DNA from: Bryobacterales bacterium
GTDB taxonomy: Bacteria; Acidobacteriota; Terriglobia; Bryobacterales; UBA6623
Direction: 5' to 3'
Length of the DNA stretch: 64,000 bases
Assembly: GCA_963422375.2 (NCBI GenBank)
Contig: OY729427.2
Coordinates: 1,376,001 to 1,440,000 of the forward strand
A program made the translations under genes and the position numbers. The notes beneath the pieces are model-generated. The model was not told the origin of the DNA, did not search any database, and saw nothing but the letters and a program-made list of their open reading frames with translations. Of this stretch, positions 9,411 through 18,865 are shown one piece after another (positions within the stretch are counted from its first letter, which is position 1; each line of letters begins with the position of its first letter).

Positions 9411-9500
9411 TGGCGGAGGAAGAGGGATTCGAACCCCCGAGACCCTTTCGAGCCTTGCGGTTTTCAAGACCGCCGCCTTCAACCACTCGGCCATTCCTCC
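9411..9500 (-). tRNA. tRNA-Ser (anticodon TGA)
   Basis: GGAGGAATGGCCGAGTGGTTGAAGGCGGCGGTCTTGAAAACCGC...GGTTCGAATCCCTCTTCCTCCGCCA; long variable arm, encoded CCA. Confidence 0.97.
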
Positions 9501-9571
9501 GTCCCCGCTCAGCGTAGCAGGCGGTCGGCGAGCCCGGCAGCCGAGGCGCGGGAGGTATACGCTGAAATTGA

Positions 9572-10348
9572 ATGCCAGCCCGACTGCAGGGGAGGATAGC
9601 GCTGGTGACCGGCGCGGCCGGAGGGATCGGATCTGCGATCGTCCGGAAGTTCGTCGCCGAGGGGGCGACGGTCGTGGCGAACGACACCACCCTCGCCGAG
9701 GGCTCGCCTCTGGCCCGGGTCGTCAGCGAAGGCGGCGGGCAGGTGGTCGGGCATGCCGCCGACCACGCGCGGGAGCCGGAAGTCGCCTCGATGATTGAGC
9801 GCGTGCGAGAGCTGTTCGGCACGCTGGACATCCTCGTGAACAACGCCTTCGCGTCGTTCAACGACAAGGCTATCGCGGACCTCGAGGAAGCCGACTGGAA
9901 TCGCACCATCGACGCGTGCCTCAAGGGCCCGTTCCTCTCCACCAAGCATGCCGTGCCGCTGATGCAGGCGGCGAACCGGGGCAGCATCGTGACCATCTCC
10001 AGCGTCAACGCCCTGCGCGCCGTGAGCGAGACGGCCTACACCGCCGCGAAGGGCGGGCTGATCTCGATGATGCGGCTCGTGGCCGCGGACTACGCCCGCT
10101 GGAACATCCGGTCCAACGTGATCTGCCCGGGCACGGTCGCCACGCAGGCGTCGATGTCCTACTGGGAGAGGTTCCCGGCCGGTTTCGAGACGCTGCTCGG
10201 CCTGTACCCGCTCGGGCGCATCGGGGAGCCGGAGGACATCGCGGACTACGCGCTGTTCCTCGCCTCGGACGAGTCGCGCTGGGTCACCGGGACGGTGCAT
10301 GCCGTCGACGGCGGCCTCATGGGCGGGACCAGGCTGGAGACCGTCTGA
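9572..10348 (+). CDS. SDR-family NAD(P)-dependent oxidoreductase
   Basis: TGAAGGIG, LVNNA, YTAAK and VDGG motifs. Confidence 0.95.
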   Translation: MPARLQGRIALVTGAAGGIGSAIVRKFVAEGATVVANDTTLAEGSPLARVVSEGGGQVVGHAADHAREPEVASMIERVRELFGTLDILVNNAFASFNDKAIADLEEADWNRTIDACLKGPFLSTKHAVPLMQAANRGSIVTISSVNALRAVSETAYTAAKGGLISMMRLVAADYARWNIRSNVICPGTVATQASMSYWERFPAGFETLLGLYPLGRIGEPEDIADYALFLASDESRWVTGTVHAVDGGLMGGTRLETV

Positions 10349-10377
10349 ACCCGGCCTTTGCTAGACTCCCCAAGGCC

Positions 10378-10974
10378 GTGCGCCGCGGAGTCATAGCGAG
10401 CCTAGCCGTCGCGGCGGCCCTCGGCGGGGCCGCATGCGACTTCGCGCCGTCTGGCGCGGAGCCCTCTCCCGCCGGCCGGGCGCCGGGCGCCGGCGTGCTA
10501 AGCGACCGGCTGGCGGAGGCCGCGCTCGCGGGCAACCGGAGAGCGGTGGAAGCCATGCTGCCCGACGCGGACGTCAACGCCAAGGACACGGGCGGCCGGA
10601 CCATGCTGATGCTCGCAGCCTACGACGGGCACGCGGACACCGTGCGGCTGCTCTGCGAGAGCAAGGCCGACCCCAACCTGATGGACCCGAGCCGCCGCAC
10701 GGCGCTGATGTATGCCGCGTCGGGGCCCAATGCATCGACCGTCGAAATCCTCCTCGCCCACGGCGCGCAGGTCAACCTCATCGACGGAGAGGAAGGCTGG
10801 ACCGCGCTGATGTTCGCCTCGGCGGAGGGCCACGCGGATATCGTGCGCATGCTCCTCGCGGAGGGGGCCGATCCCGATCTCATGGACATCGACGGCGAAT
10901 CGGCTCTGACCTTCGCTAGCAACAACGGCCACGACAGCGTGGTCGAGATCCTAAGCGGATCCCGCGCGCGGTGA
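10378..10974 (+). CDS. Ankyrin-repeat protein, probable lipoprotein
   Basis: About four repeats of G.TALM.AA..GH...V..LL..GAD.N; leader ending LGGAAC. Start GTG inferred. Confidence 0.88.
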   Translation: MRRGVIASLAVAAALGGAACDFAPSGAEPSPAGRAPGAGVLSDRLAEAALAGNRRAVEAMLPDADVNAKDTGGRTMLMLAAYDGHADTVRLLCESKADPNLMDPSRRTALMYAASGPNASTVEILLAHGAQVNLIDGEEGWTALMFASAEGHADIVRMLLAEGADPDLMDIDGESALTFASNNGHDSVVEILSGSRAR

Positions 10975-12125
10975 ATCGCGGGCCGTCACTCCCAGCGGCC
11001 CTGGCCGTGGCTTTCCGGCCGGCCGCGCGGCTGCTCCTGTGCGCGGCGGCAGCGCTGCCGGGCGCGCCGGCCCACGAGTTCGAGATCACGCCGGTGACGG
11101 TCGTGATCACCGGAGACGGCGGGTTCCAAGCCGATGTCGGCCTGGACGCCGACGCCCTCGCGCTCGGGCTGCCGCTAGAGACGGACGCCGAGCGCGTCGC
11201 CCGGGGCATGCGGGACCTGCCGTCCGCGGCATTCGGCGCGGCCGTGGAGAGGGCCCGCGCTGCCGTGCGGCACGACATACGAATCGCGTTCGACGGCGCG
11301 CCCGCGGCCTTCGAGGTCTCCTTCCCGCATCTCGGCACGCCCGCCGCGAACCGGGCCGATCCCCCCACGGTGCTGGGCACGCTCGCGCGCCTGCACGGAA
11401 GCGTGCCCGAGGGGGCCGCGGCGATCAGCTTTCGGGCGCCGACTCGATACAAGACGGTGTCGCTGCGACTCGTGGCGCCGGGCCGTGCGGAGCCGCTGGT
11501 CGCCCTGCTCGAGGCCGGCGCGGCCGGACCGCCGCTCAATCTGGACGAGACGTCAGGCACGGGCCGCGGCAGGGGAGTCCTGCTGGACTACCTCGGTCTC
11601 GGCTTCAGGCACATCGTGCCCGATGGCCTCGACCATATCCTGTTCGTCCTAGGGCTCTTCCTGCTGAGCGCCCGAGCGCGGCCGCTGCTCTACCAAGTCA
11701 CGGCGTTCACGGTCGCCCACTCGGTGACGCTCGCGCTGTCGATGCAGGGCATCGTGTCCCTGCCGGAGCGCCTGGTCGAGACGCTGATCGCTCTGTCGAT
11801 CTGCTGGATCGCCGTCGAGAACATCGCGACCTCGAAGCTGCAGCCCTGGAGAGTGGCGCTGGTGTTCTGCTTCGGCCTGCTGCACGGCCTCGGCTTCGCG
11901 GGCGCCCTGGGCGAGCTCGGCCTCCCCGAAGGGCGCTTCCTCGCCGCCTTGGCCGGGTTCAACGCGGGGGTGGAGCTGGGCCAGCTCGCCGTCGTAGGGC
12001 TGGCGCTCGCCCTCGCGGGCCGCTTCCGGCACCTGCCGGGCTACCGCCGCTGGGTGACCGTCCCGTGCTCGGTCGCGATCGCGGCAGCCGGCGCGTGGTG
12101 GTCGCTGACGCGGGCGCTCGGGTAG
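10971..12125 (+). CDS. HupE/UreJ-family membrane protein with soluble N-terminal domain
   Basis: GFRHIVPDGLDHILF, TAFTVAHSVTL, FGLLHGLGFA, FNAGVELGQ motifs. Confidence 0.9.
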   Translation: MNRGPSLPAALAVAFRPAARLLLCAAAALPGAPAHEFEITPVTVVITGDGGFQADVGLDADALALGLPLETDAERVARGMRDLPSAAFGAAVERARAAVRHDIRIAFDGAPAAFEVSFPHLGTPAANRADPPTVLGTLARLHGSVPEGAAAISFRAPTRYKTVSLRLVAPGRAEPLVALLEAGAAGPPLNLDETSGTGRGRGVLLDYLGLGFRHIVPDGLDHILFVLGLFLLSARARPLLYQVTAFTVAHSVTLALSMQGIVSLPERLVETLIALSICWIAVENIATSKLQPWRVALVFCFGLLHGLGFAGALGELGLPEGRFLAALAGFNAGVELGQLAVVGLALALAGRFRHLPGYRRWVTVPCSVAIAAAGAWWSLTRALG

Positions 12126-12174
12126 CGCGGGCCCGCGGAGACGCCCCGAAACTGCTCTGAAGTAGACTCGGGGA

Positions 12175-13164
12175 GTGTTCAAAGTCTGGACCGAGCGGCC
12201 CCTCCTGCCGGACTGCGTCCCCTTGCTGGAAGGCATTGCCGAGCCCGTAGGACCGGGGGCGGCGACCCCGGACAACTTCCTCGCAGCGTTCCCGGAGGCC
12301 GATTGCGTCCTCGCCGGCGGCATGCGCTACGACGGTCCGCTGATGGACCGAGCCCCAAGCCTGCTCGTGATCTCGAGAATGGGCATCGGCTACGAGAATG
12401 TCGACGTCCGGGCGGCTACCGAGCGCGGAATCGCCGTGACCTACACGCCGGACGGACCCACCATCGCTACCGCCGAGCACGCAATAGCGCTCATGCTCGC
12501 CGTCGCCAAGGACCTCAAAAAGGCCTCGCAAGGGCTGGTCCACGACCGCCGACCCGACCATTACGGGCGGCACTCCGCCGTCGAGATCTTCGAGGCGCGC
12601 GTCGGCCTCGTGGGCCTGGGAAGGATCGGATCGCGGGTGGCCCGTATCCTGACGGCGGCCGGCGCGAGCGTGGCGGCGTACGATCCCTACATCGACGACG
12701 CCAAGGCCGCGGAGCTGGGTGCCCGGCGCGCCCCCTCGCTCGATCGCCTGCTGGGCGAGTCCGATATCGTTTCGCTGCACTTGCCCTTGAACCCGTCCAC
12801 GCGCCGCCTCATCGGACCCAGAACCTTGGCCCTGATGAAGCCGGGAGCAATCCTGATCAATGTCTCCCGAGGCGGGCTCGTCGACGAAGCGGCCCTCCTA
12901 GAGGCGCTGAACAGCGGCCGCCTGCGCGGCGCAGGGCTTGACGTCACCGACCCCGAACCGGCGGCGGCGGACAGCCCGCTGCTGCACCGCAACGACGTGA
13001 TCGTGACGCCTCACGTGGGATCGGCCACCTACGCGGGCAAGCGGAGAATCCTGTCGATGGCGATCGAGAACCTCGGGCTGGCGCTGCGGCGCGAGAGACC
13101 GCGGCATCTGCTCAATCCGGACGCCTGGGAGTCCCTGGCCGAGCGGGTCGCGCGCCGGTCCTAG
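12175..13164 (+). CDS. D-isomer-specific 2-hydroxyacid dehydrogenase (SerA-like)
   Basis: GLGRIG, SLHLP, INVSRGGLVDE, GAGLDV, TPHVGS. Confidence 0.93.
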   Translation: MFKVWTERPLLPDCVPLLEGIAEPVGPGAATPDNFLAAFPEADCVLAGGMRYDGPLMDRAPSLLVISRMGIGYENVDVRAATERGIAVTYTPDGPTIATAEHAIALMLAVAKDLKKASQGLVHDRRPDHYGRHSAVEIFEARVGLVGLGRIGSRVARILTAAGASVAAYDPYIDDAKAAELGARRAPSLDRLLGESDIVSLHLPLNPSTRRLIGPRTLALMKPGAILINVSRGGLVDEAALLEALNSGRLRGAGLDVTDPEPAAADSPLLHRNDVIVTPHVGSATYAGKRRILSMAIENLGLALRRERPRHLLNPDAWESLAERVARRS

Positions 13165-13262
13165 CCTCCCGGCGAGCGGGCCCGGCGGCGTCTGCTACCT
13201 TGATCCAAGGTCGGGGGCCCCGGCCCGACGTCGCGGCGCGGACGCAGCCCGTTCCAAGTCCA

Positions 13263-14033
13263 TTGCGAGCCTGCGTCCTAGGCAGCGGATCCAGCGGCAA
13301 CGCCACTTTCGTCGGCACCGACCGGGCGCGCGTCCTGTTCGACGCCGGGCTGAGCTGCAGGCAGATACAGCTGCGCCTGGCGGCGGTCGGCGAGGACTTC
13401 CGCTCGCTGGACGCCGTGGTCGTCTCGCACGAGCACTCCGACCACGTCAAGGGCCTCGAAGTGCTGGCCCGCAAGACGGGGGTCCGGATCTACATGACCC
13501 GGCTGACGGCGATGGCCGTGGCTTGGAAAGGTGCCGCGCCGGAGATCTCGCCGTTCGAGGCCGGTCGCGAGATCGCGGTCGGCGATCTCGAGATCTCGAC
13601 GTTCACCGTCTCGCACGACGCCGTCGATCCTGTCGCCTTCGGCGTCCGGCGCAACGGTCGCAAGCTCTCGATCGTGACCGATCTCGGGTACCTGACCGAC
13701 TCGGTCCGATACCACGTGGCGGCTTCCGACCTGCTCGTGCTCGAGTCGAACCACGACCTCGAGATGCTGAAGGCGGGCCCGTATCCGTGGGAGGTCAAGC
13801 AGCGCGTGCTGAGCAAGAGCGGCCATCTGTCCAACGCGGCCGCGTGCAAGTTCCTAGCCACGGACTGGGACCGCCGCTCGCGCAGGATCGTGCTGGCTCA
13901 CCTCAGCGGCAACAACAACAACCCGGCGATCGCCGAGATGGACGCCCGGGAGGCGCTCTCCTCCGCCGGAGCGAGGGCGACCGAGGTCTGCGTCGCCACC
14001 CAGCACGCGCCGACACCGGCCTTCGACGTGTAA
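13263..14033 (+). CDS. MBL-fold metallo-hydrolase (YycJ/WalJ-like)
   Basis: LGSGSSGN, SHEHSDH, SHDA, LESNHD, GHLSN, LAHLS..NN. Start TTG inferred. Confidence 0.9.
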   Translation: MRACVLGSGSSGNATFVGTDRARVLFDAGLSCRQIQLRLAAVGEDFRSLDAVVVSHEHSDHVKGLEVLARKTGVRIYMTRLTAMAVAWKGAAPEISPFEAGREIAVGDLEISTFTVSHDAVDPVAFGVRRNGRKLSIVTDLGYLTDSVRYHVAASDLLVLESNHDLEMLKAGPYPWEVKQRVLSKSGHLSNAAACKFLATDWDRRSRRIVLAHLSGNNNNPAIAEMDAREALSSAGARATEVCVATQHAPTPAFDV

Positions 14034-14051
14034 AGGAGACGCCATGAGTGG

Positions 14052-15029
14052 CTAGCGCTGCGCTCGGGCGCCGACCGCATCCTCGTGCGACACCCGGGAC
14101 CAGCTCGGAAGCGGCGCGGGCGGCAGCCCTAGGGCAGCCGCCGCGGAAGCATGCATCGCGAATGCCTGCAGCGCGAAAACCGGGAAGGCCAAGTACGCCA
14201 GCGCAGGCCATTCGACGACTTTCGCCCCGAACGGAAGGCTGGCAATGCAGTAGAGCCGGGCCGACGCCGCGTGGTTGAGGCAGTCGGCGACCAAGCCGCA
14301 GAACAGCCCGGACGCCATCAGCGCCACGGCCCGGGCACGGCCGCCGGCCAGCCAGTCGCCCCAGAGGCTCGGGCGCCCCCCAGCCGCGTTGACAGGGTCG
14401 AGGACCAGCAGGAAGCCCGCCGCCGCCGCCGGCAGGAGACGCTCGCCCAAGTCGAGGCGCGGGACCAGCAGCGGCAAAGCCAAGCACGCGACGCCAGTCG
14501 CGACGACAGGCACCGTCCACGCCCGCCGAGGCGCGCGACGCGAGCTCCCCGTCGGCGGTCTCCGCCCCGCCAGCGCCAGCAGCAGGTCGGCCGTCTCGAA
14601 CAGAGCAGGCCACAGGCAGGCGAAGGACCAGCCGAGCACCAGGTAGCGGGCCGGCCCTGACGGCAGGCCCGCCCGATACCATCCCCCGAGTTGCAGGTTG
14701 TACCACTCGAAGGGGAGCCAGAGGAAGACCGACAGCGTCGCGAGCCAGACGAACACCTCCGGCCGCGTCCGCAGCAAGGAACGGCCGCGCAAGGCATGCA
14801 CTGCGGAGTCGGCCGCGAGGACGAGGCCGCTCCAAGCCAGCGGCACCGTCGGCGCCGGCGCGGCCGCGGGGCTCGCGAGAATCGCCGCGCAGCCCGCGAA
14901 CGCTGCCAGGCCCGCCCAGCCCGGCCACCCGAACGGGCGGCGACGCTCCGCCCGCAGACAGGCCGCGAGCAGCAAGACGGCGCACAAAGCCGCCGCCGTC
15001 AGTCCGATCACAGGCACCGTACGATACAT
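14052..15029 (-). CDS. Conserved hypothetical multi-pass membrane protein
   Basis: Many hydrophobic segments (FLWLPFEWYNL, WPALFET, YLAFPVFALQ). Start moved to ATG 15029 to avoid overlapping the divergent gene. Confidence 0.7.
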   Translation of the reverse strand: MYRTVPVIGLTAAALCAVLLLAACLRAERRRPFGWPGWAGLAAFAGCAAILASPAAAPAPTVPLAWSGLVLAADSAVHALRGRSLLRTRPEVFVWLATLSVFLWLPFEWYNLQLGGWYRAGLPSGPARYLVLGWSFACLWPALFETADLLLALAGRRPPTGSSRRAPRRAWTVPVVATGVACLALPLLVPRLDLGERLLPAAAAGFLLVLDPVNAAGGRPSLWGDWLAGGRARAVALMASGLFCGLVADCLNHAASARLYCIASLPFGAKVVEWPALAYLAFPVFALQAFAMHASAAAALGLPPAPLPSWSRVSHEDAVGARAQR

Positions 15030-15056
15030 TCTGGGCGGACGAGCCGGCCCGGTTCG

Positions 15057-16151
15057 ATGCATGGCTTTGTCACAGTGGCGGACTGGCGGGACGAAGCCGG
15101 TCTGAAGGCGGTCCCGGCCGCGCCGGGCGTCTTGCGGGTCGACTTCGCGGACGCCCCGCCGTATGTCGGGAAGACGGTGGACCTGCGTCGGCGGCTGACC
15201 CGGCTGCTCGCGCCGCGCCAAGGCGCGTCGGCGCGCCTGAACCTGCGGGACGCCGCCGACACGGTGCATTACCGGCGGACCGGCTCGCGCTTCGAATCGG
15301 ATCTGGTGTTCTACCGCACCGTCAAGCGCTGCAGGCCGGAGGGGGGCCGCGACTTCCTCCGGCTGCGCGCCCCGGCCTTCGTGAAGATCCTGCTCGGCAA
15401 TCGCTTCCCCCGAACCTGCGTGACGCAGCGCCTCGCCCGCAGCCGGGCGCTGTTCTACGGCCCGTTCCCGACCCGCAACGCAGCCGAGCAGTTCCACGAG
15501 GCCGTCCTCGACCTCTTTCTCGTGCGGCGCTGCGTCGAGAAACTGGAACCCTCCACCGCCCATCCCGGCTGCATTTGGGGCGAGATGCGAATGTGCCTGC
15601 GACCCTGCCAGGACGCCTGCGACGCGGAGAGCTACGGCCGAGAGGTGGATCGCTTGGCAGTCTTCCTGTCCACGGACGGGGCCTCGCTGCTGGCCGATGC
15701 GGTGAGGGCCCGGGACCGCGCTAGCGCGTCGATGGATTTCGAGGCGGCGGCGCGCCACCACCGCACGGCGGCGAAGGCGAGGGAGGCGCTGCGGCTGCGC
15801 GGCGGGCTCTCGCGCGAGATCGGATCGCTCTGCGGCATGGTGCTGCAGCGGTCGGCCGAGCCGCGCTCGCTGGTGCTGACGCCGGTCTACAAGGGCTCGC
15901 TGCAGGCAGAGACCCGCCTCGGCTGGGACGGCGAGCCCCGGACCGCTGGGATCATGGCCGCGGTCAGGGCGGAGCTGGCCGGTCGCGAGTGGGCTGAACC
16001 GCGGCCCGAGGAGAAGGGGGAGCATCTGGCCCTGCTGCAGAGGTGGCACGGCAGCAGCTTCCGCAAGGGAGAATTCGTGCCGTTCGAGAGCTTTGAGGAA
16101 GCGCCGCTGAGGAAGCTCGCCAACGCGGCCGCGCGAGTCGCCGCGGGCTAG
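15057..16151 (+). CDS. UvrC N-terminal-like (GIY-YIG / Cho-like) nuclease
   Basis: PAAPGV...YVGKTVDLRRRL, YGPFP, Cys cluster RRC...C...CLRPC, UVR motif ASASMDFEAAA. No RNase H or HhH domain recognised. Confidence 0.85.
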   Translation: MHGFVTVADWRDEAGLKAVPAAPGVLRVDFADAPPYVGKTVDLRRRLTRLLAPRQGASARLNLRDAADTVHYRRTGSRFESDLVFYRTVKRCRPEGGRDFLRLRAPAFVKILLGNRFPRTCVTQRLARSRALFYGPFPTRNAAEQFHEAVLDLFLVRRCVEKLEPSTAHPGCIWGEMRMCLRPCQDACDAESYGREVDRLAVFLSTDGASLLADAVRARDRASASMDFEAAARHHRTAAKAREALRLRGGLSREIGSLCGMVLQRSAEPRSLVLTPVYKGSLQAETRLGWDGEPRTAGIMAAVRAELAGREWAEPRPEEKGEHLALLQRWHGSSFRKGEFVPFESFEEAPLRKLANAAARVAAG

Positions 16152-16224
16152 CCCGCCTCAAGGGGCTGCCAAGCGCTCGCGGCACCGGGGGCGCTCGCCG
16201 GGAGGTCCTGTACAATGCCCGGCG

Positions 16225-18840
16225 ATGACTGGAATGCGCTGGGTCGCGGCGCTCGCGATCCCCTCCCTTGCGTTAGCGCTATGGATTTCGCTGGGGTCGG
16301 CGCAGGACTCGGGGCAGCGCGACTTCCTGGCGCCCGAGCTGCGTGCCCAAGTCAACGCGCTCAAGCGGGCAGCGGCCGCCGCACCGACCAACCCCGACAA
16401 CCTCGCGACCCGCCTCGACACGCTCTGGCCGTGGATCAACGCCTACTCGCTGACAGGCGGGCCGATGCCCGTGAACGCCACTCTCCAAGTCGCCACGGCC
16501 TACCGCAGCCTCGAAGCTGCGCGCCTAGAGGGCCAGCGCCCGGCCCGGTCCGTCCTCGCCAGCGTCGACGGGCTGATTCACGAGTTCGGACTCAAGGACG
16601 ACGCCCCCGGCACCTTGGGGCGCATCACGCTCGACACGGGGGGACCCGTCCACGCGGGGTCGTGGGCGACCATCGAGCAGACTTACACCGTCGGCCAGCA
16701 CGCGCTCGGGCCCGAATCCCGGGTCATGGTCGCGCGGCAGCTCCAGGCCGACGGCGGGCGCCTGCAGCACCGGGATCCGGCGGCGGCCCACTACATCTCG
16801 GCGCGCGCATCGAATCCCTCGGTCCGCCTTGCCAGGACCACCGTCCCGTGGTCGGGCATGCACGGGGGCTTCCGCTCGCCCGCCCAGATGCCGGCCTTCC
16901 AAGTGGAGCGGGGCACGCTCCAGCCGGGAGACACGCTCACGCTCGTGTACGGCGACCGCGGCGGCGGCTCCAAGGGCTGGCTTCAGCAGACCTTCGCCAC
17001 CGACCAGGCGATGCTGCCCATCTACATCGACCTCGACGGATCCGGGCACTTCCTCACCCCCCGCTGGCCTTCGTACGAAGTCGCGGGGAATGCCGCGGCG
17101 GGCGTGACGGCGGTGGCGCCGTCCGTGATCCGGCCGGGCGAGCCGTTCGACCTCTCCGTCCGCTGGGAGGATTCGGCGGGCAACCGCGCCACCGGCGCCA
17201 TGCCCGGCGCGTCGGTCTCGCTCGCAGGCAGGGAGGTCGCCTCGATTCCCGCGGACGGCGACGCGGTCAGCGTCATCAAGTCCCTGCGCCTGGACGAGGA
17301 AGGGGTCTACCGCTACCGCGTGGCGAGCCCGGACGGTAGGCTGGAGACCGCCAGCAACCCGGTCTGGGTCCGCCGGGACCCGCCCTACCGACTCTACTGG
17401 GGCGAGACCCACACGCACACCGGGATGGCCGAGGGGCAGGGATCGATCGGCCGGTCGTACCGCTTCGCGCGGGAGGACGCGCGCCTCGACTTCATGGGGC
17501 TCTCCGAGCACGACATCTGGCTCGACGACGCCGAGTGGCAGGCGATGGGCCGCGCTGCCAGATCGAACACCGAGCCCGGCAAGTTCGTCGCCTACCTGGG
17601 CTACGAATGGACGCTGCGGCGCCAATGGGGAGGGCACCACAACGTCTTTTTCCGGTCGCCCGATGCGGCGCGCGTCGGAGCGCAGCAAGCTCCCACCCTA
17701 ACCGGGCTGTACGAGGGCCTGCGGGCCCGGTACGGGACCGAGGACGTGCTGATCATCCCGCACGCCCATCAAGCGGGCGACTGGCGCACCAACGACCCGG
17801 AAATGGAAACGATGATCGAGATCATGTCCATGCACGGGACCTTCGAGTGGTTCGGCAACTACTACCTGCGCCAAGGCCACCAAGTGGGCTTCCTAGCCGC
17901 CTCCGACGACCACCGCTCGCGGCCGGGCTACAGCTGGACCTCGAGCCGCCAGCCGAACTCCTCCCTCAGCCAGTTCGGCGGCCTCGCGGCCGTGCAAGCC
18001 CCCGAGAAGACGGCGGACGCGATCTTCGACGCGCTCAAGCGCAGGCATGCGTACGCGGTCACTGACGCGCAGCGCATCATCCTCGACGTGCAGATGAACG
18101 GTTCCGGGATGGGCAACCGGATCGCCTTCAGCGACAAGCGCCGGCTGACCGCGAAGGTCATCGGCACAGCTCCGATCCTCAGGCTGGCGGTGGTCAAGAA
18201 TGGCGAGACGGTCTATTCCAAGCGCCCGCTGCAAGCGCCGCTCGGCAAGTCGGCCACGCTGGTCGTAGGATTCGAGTCCTCGTCCGAGCCGTTCTTCCGC
18301 GACAATCCGCGCGGGTACAGGCCGTGGGAGGGCACGCTGAGGGTCGAGGGGGCGAAGCTGGCCGGCATGCGCGCCCTGCACCTCGACAACAAGCACAAGG
18401 AATGGGCTAGGATCGAGGGCGCGAGCGGCAACGAGATGCGCTTCAGCACCGGGACGCGCGGGCAGGCCGACACGCTCCTGCTGGAACTCGAGGACGCGTC
18501 GCCGTCCACGGCGCTGACGTTCGAGATCGACGCGGGCCGCGAGTGGGGCAAGTCCCCCGTCCCGGTGCGCGAGCCGCGCCGGATCGAGGCGAAGCGCTTC
18601 CGGATCGCCTTAGGCGAGCTCTCGCACGGCTTCGCCCGCAAGGACCTGTCCGACTCGATCGACCGCGACGCGGTCACTCTGGAGCTGGTCGGCGGCGCGA
18701 TGGATATGGAAGCCGAGATCGAATTCGCCGACACCGGGGACATGCGGCCGGGAGACTACTACTACGTACGCGCTGAGCAGCTGGACGGCGCGCGAGCGTA
18801 CTCGTCGGCGGTGTGGGTCGGGGGCGAGCCGCGCCGGTGA
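16225..18840 (+). CDS. Secreted DUF3604/PHP-like metallohydrolase
   Basis: Signal peptide; WGETHTHT, LSEHD, GYEWT, HHNV, IPHAH, EIMSMHG, ASDDH; C-terminal DYYYVRAEQ.DG.RAYSSAVWV. Confidence 0.85.
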   Translation: MTGMRWVAALAIPSLALALWISLGSAQDSGQRDFLAPELRAQVNALKRAAAAAPTNPDNLATRLDTLWPWINAYSLTGGPMPVNATLQVATAYRSLEAARLEGQRPARSVLASVDGLIHEFGLKDDAPGTLGRITLDTGGPVHAGSWATIEQTYTVGQHALGPESRVMVARQLQADGGRLQHRDPAAAHYISARASNPSVRLARTTVPWSGMHGGFRSPAQMPAFQVERGTLQPGDTLTLVYGDRGGGSKGWLQQTFATDQAMLPIYIDLDGSGHFLTPRWPSYEVAGNAAAGVTAVAPSVIRPGEPFDLSVRWEDSAGNRATGAMPGASVSLAGREVASIPADGDAVSVIKSLRLDEEGVYRYRVASPDGRLETASNPVWVRRDPPYRLYWGETHTHTGMAEGQGSIGRSYRFAREDARLDFMGLSEHDIWLDDAEWQAMGRAARSNTEPGKFVAYLGYEWTLRRQWGGHHNVFFRSPDAARVGAQQAPTLTGLYEGLRARYGTEDVLIIPHAHQAGDWRTNDPEMETMIEIMSMHGTFEWFGNYYLRQGHQVGFLAASDDHRSRPGYSWTSSRQPNSSLSQFGGLAAVQAPEKTADAIFDALKRRHAYAVTDAQRIILDVQMNGSGMGNRIAFSDKRRLTAKVIGTAPILRLAVVKNGETVYSKRPLQAPLGKSATLVVGFESSSEPFFRDNPRGYRPWEGTLRVEGAKLAGMRALHLDNKHKEWARIEGASGNEMRFSTGTRGQADTLLLELEDASPSTALTFEIDAGREWGKSPVPVREPRRIEAKRFRIALGELSHGFARKDLSDSIDRDAVTLELVGGAMDMEAEIEFADTGDMRPGDYYYVRAEQLDGARAYSSAVWVGGEPRR

Positions 18841-18865
18841 CCGCGGCCGGATTCCGGACGAGGCG

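Noticed and set aside
9411..9500. tRNA-Ser as the attachment site of an integrated island
   Set aside because: No integrase nearby and no duplicated tRNA 3' end noticed in the window.
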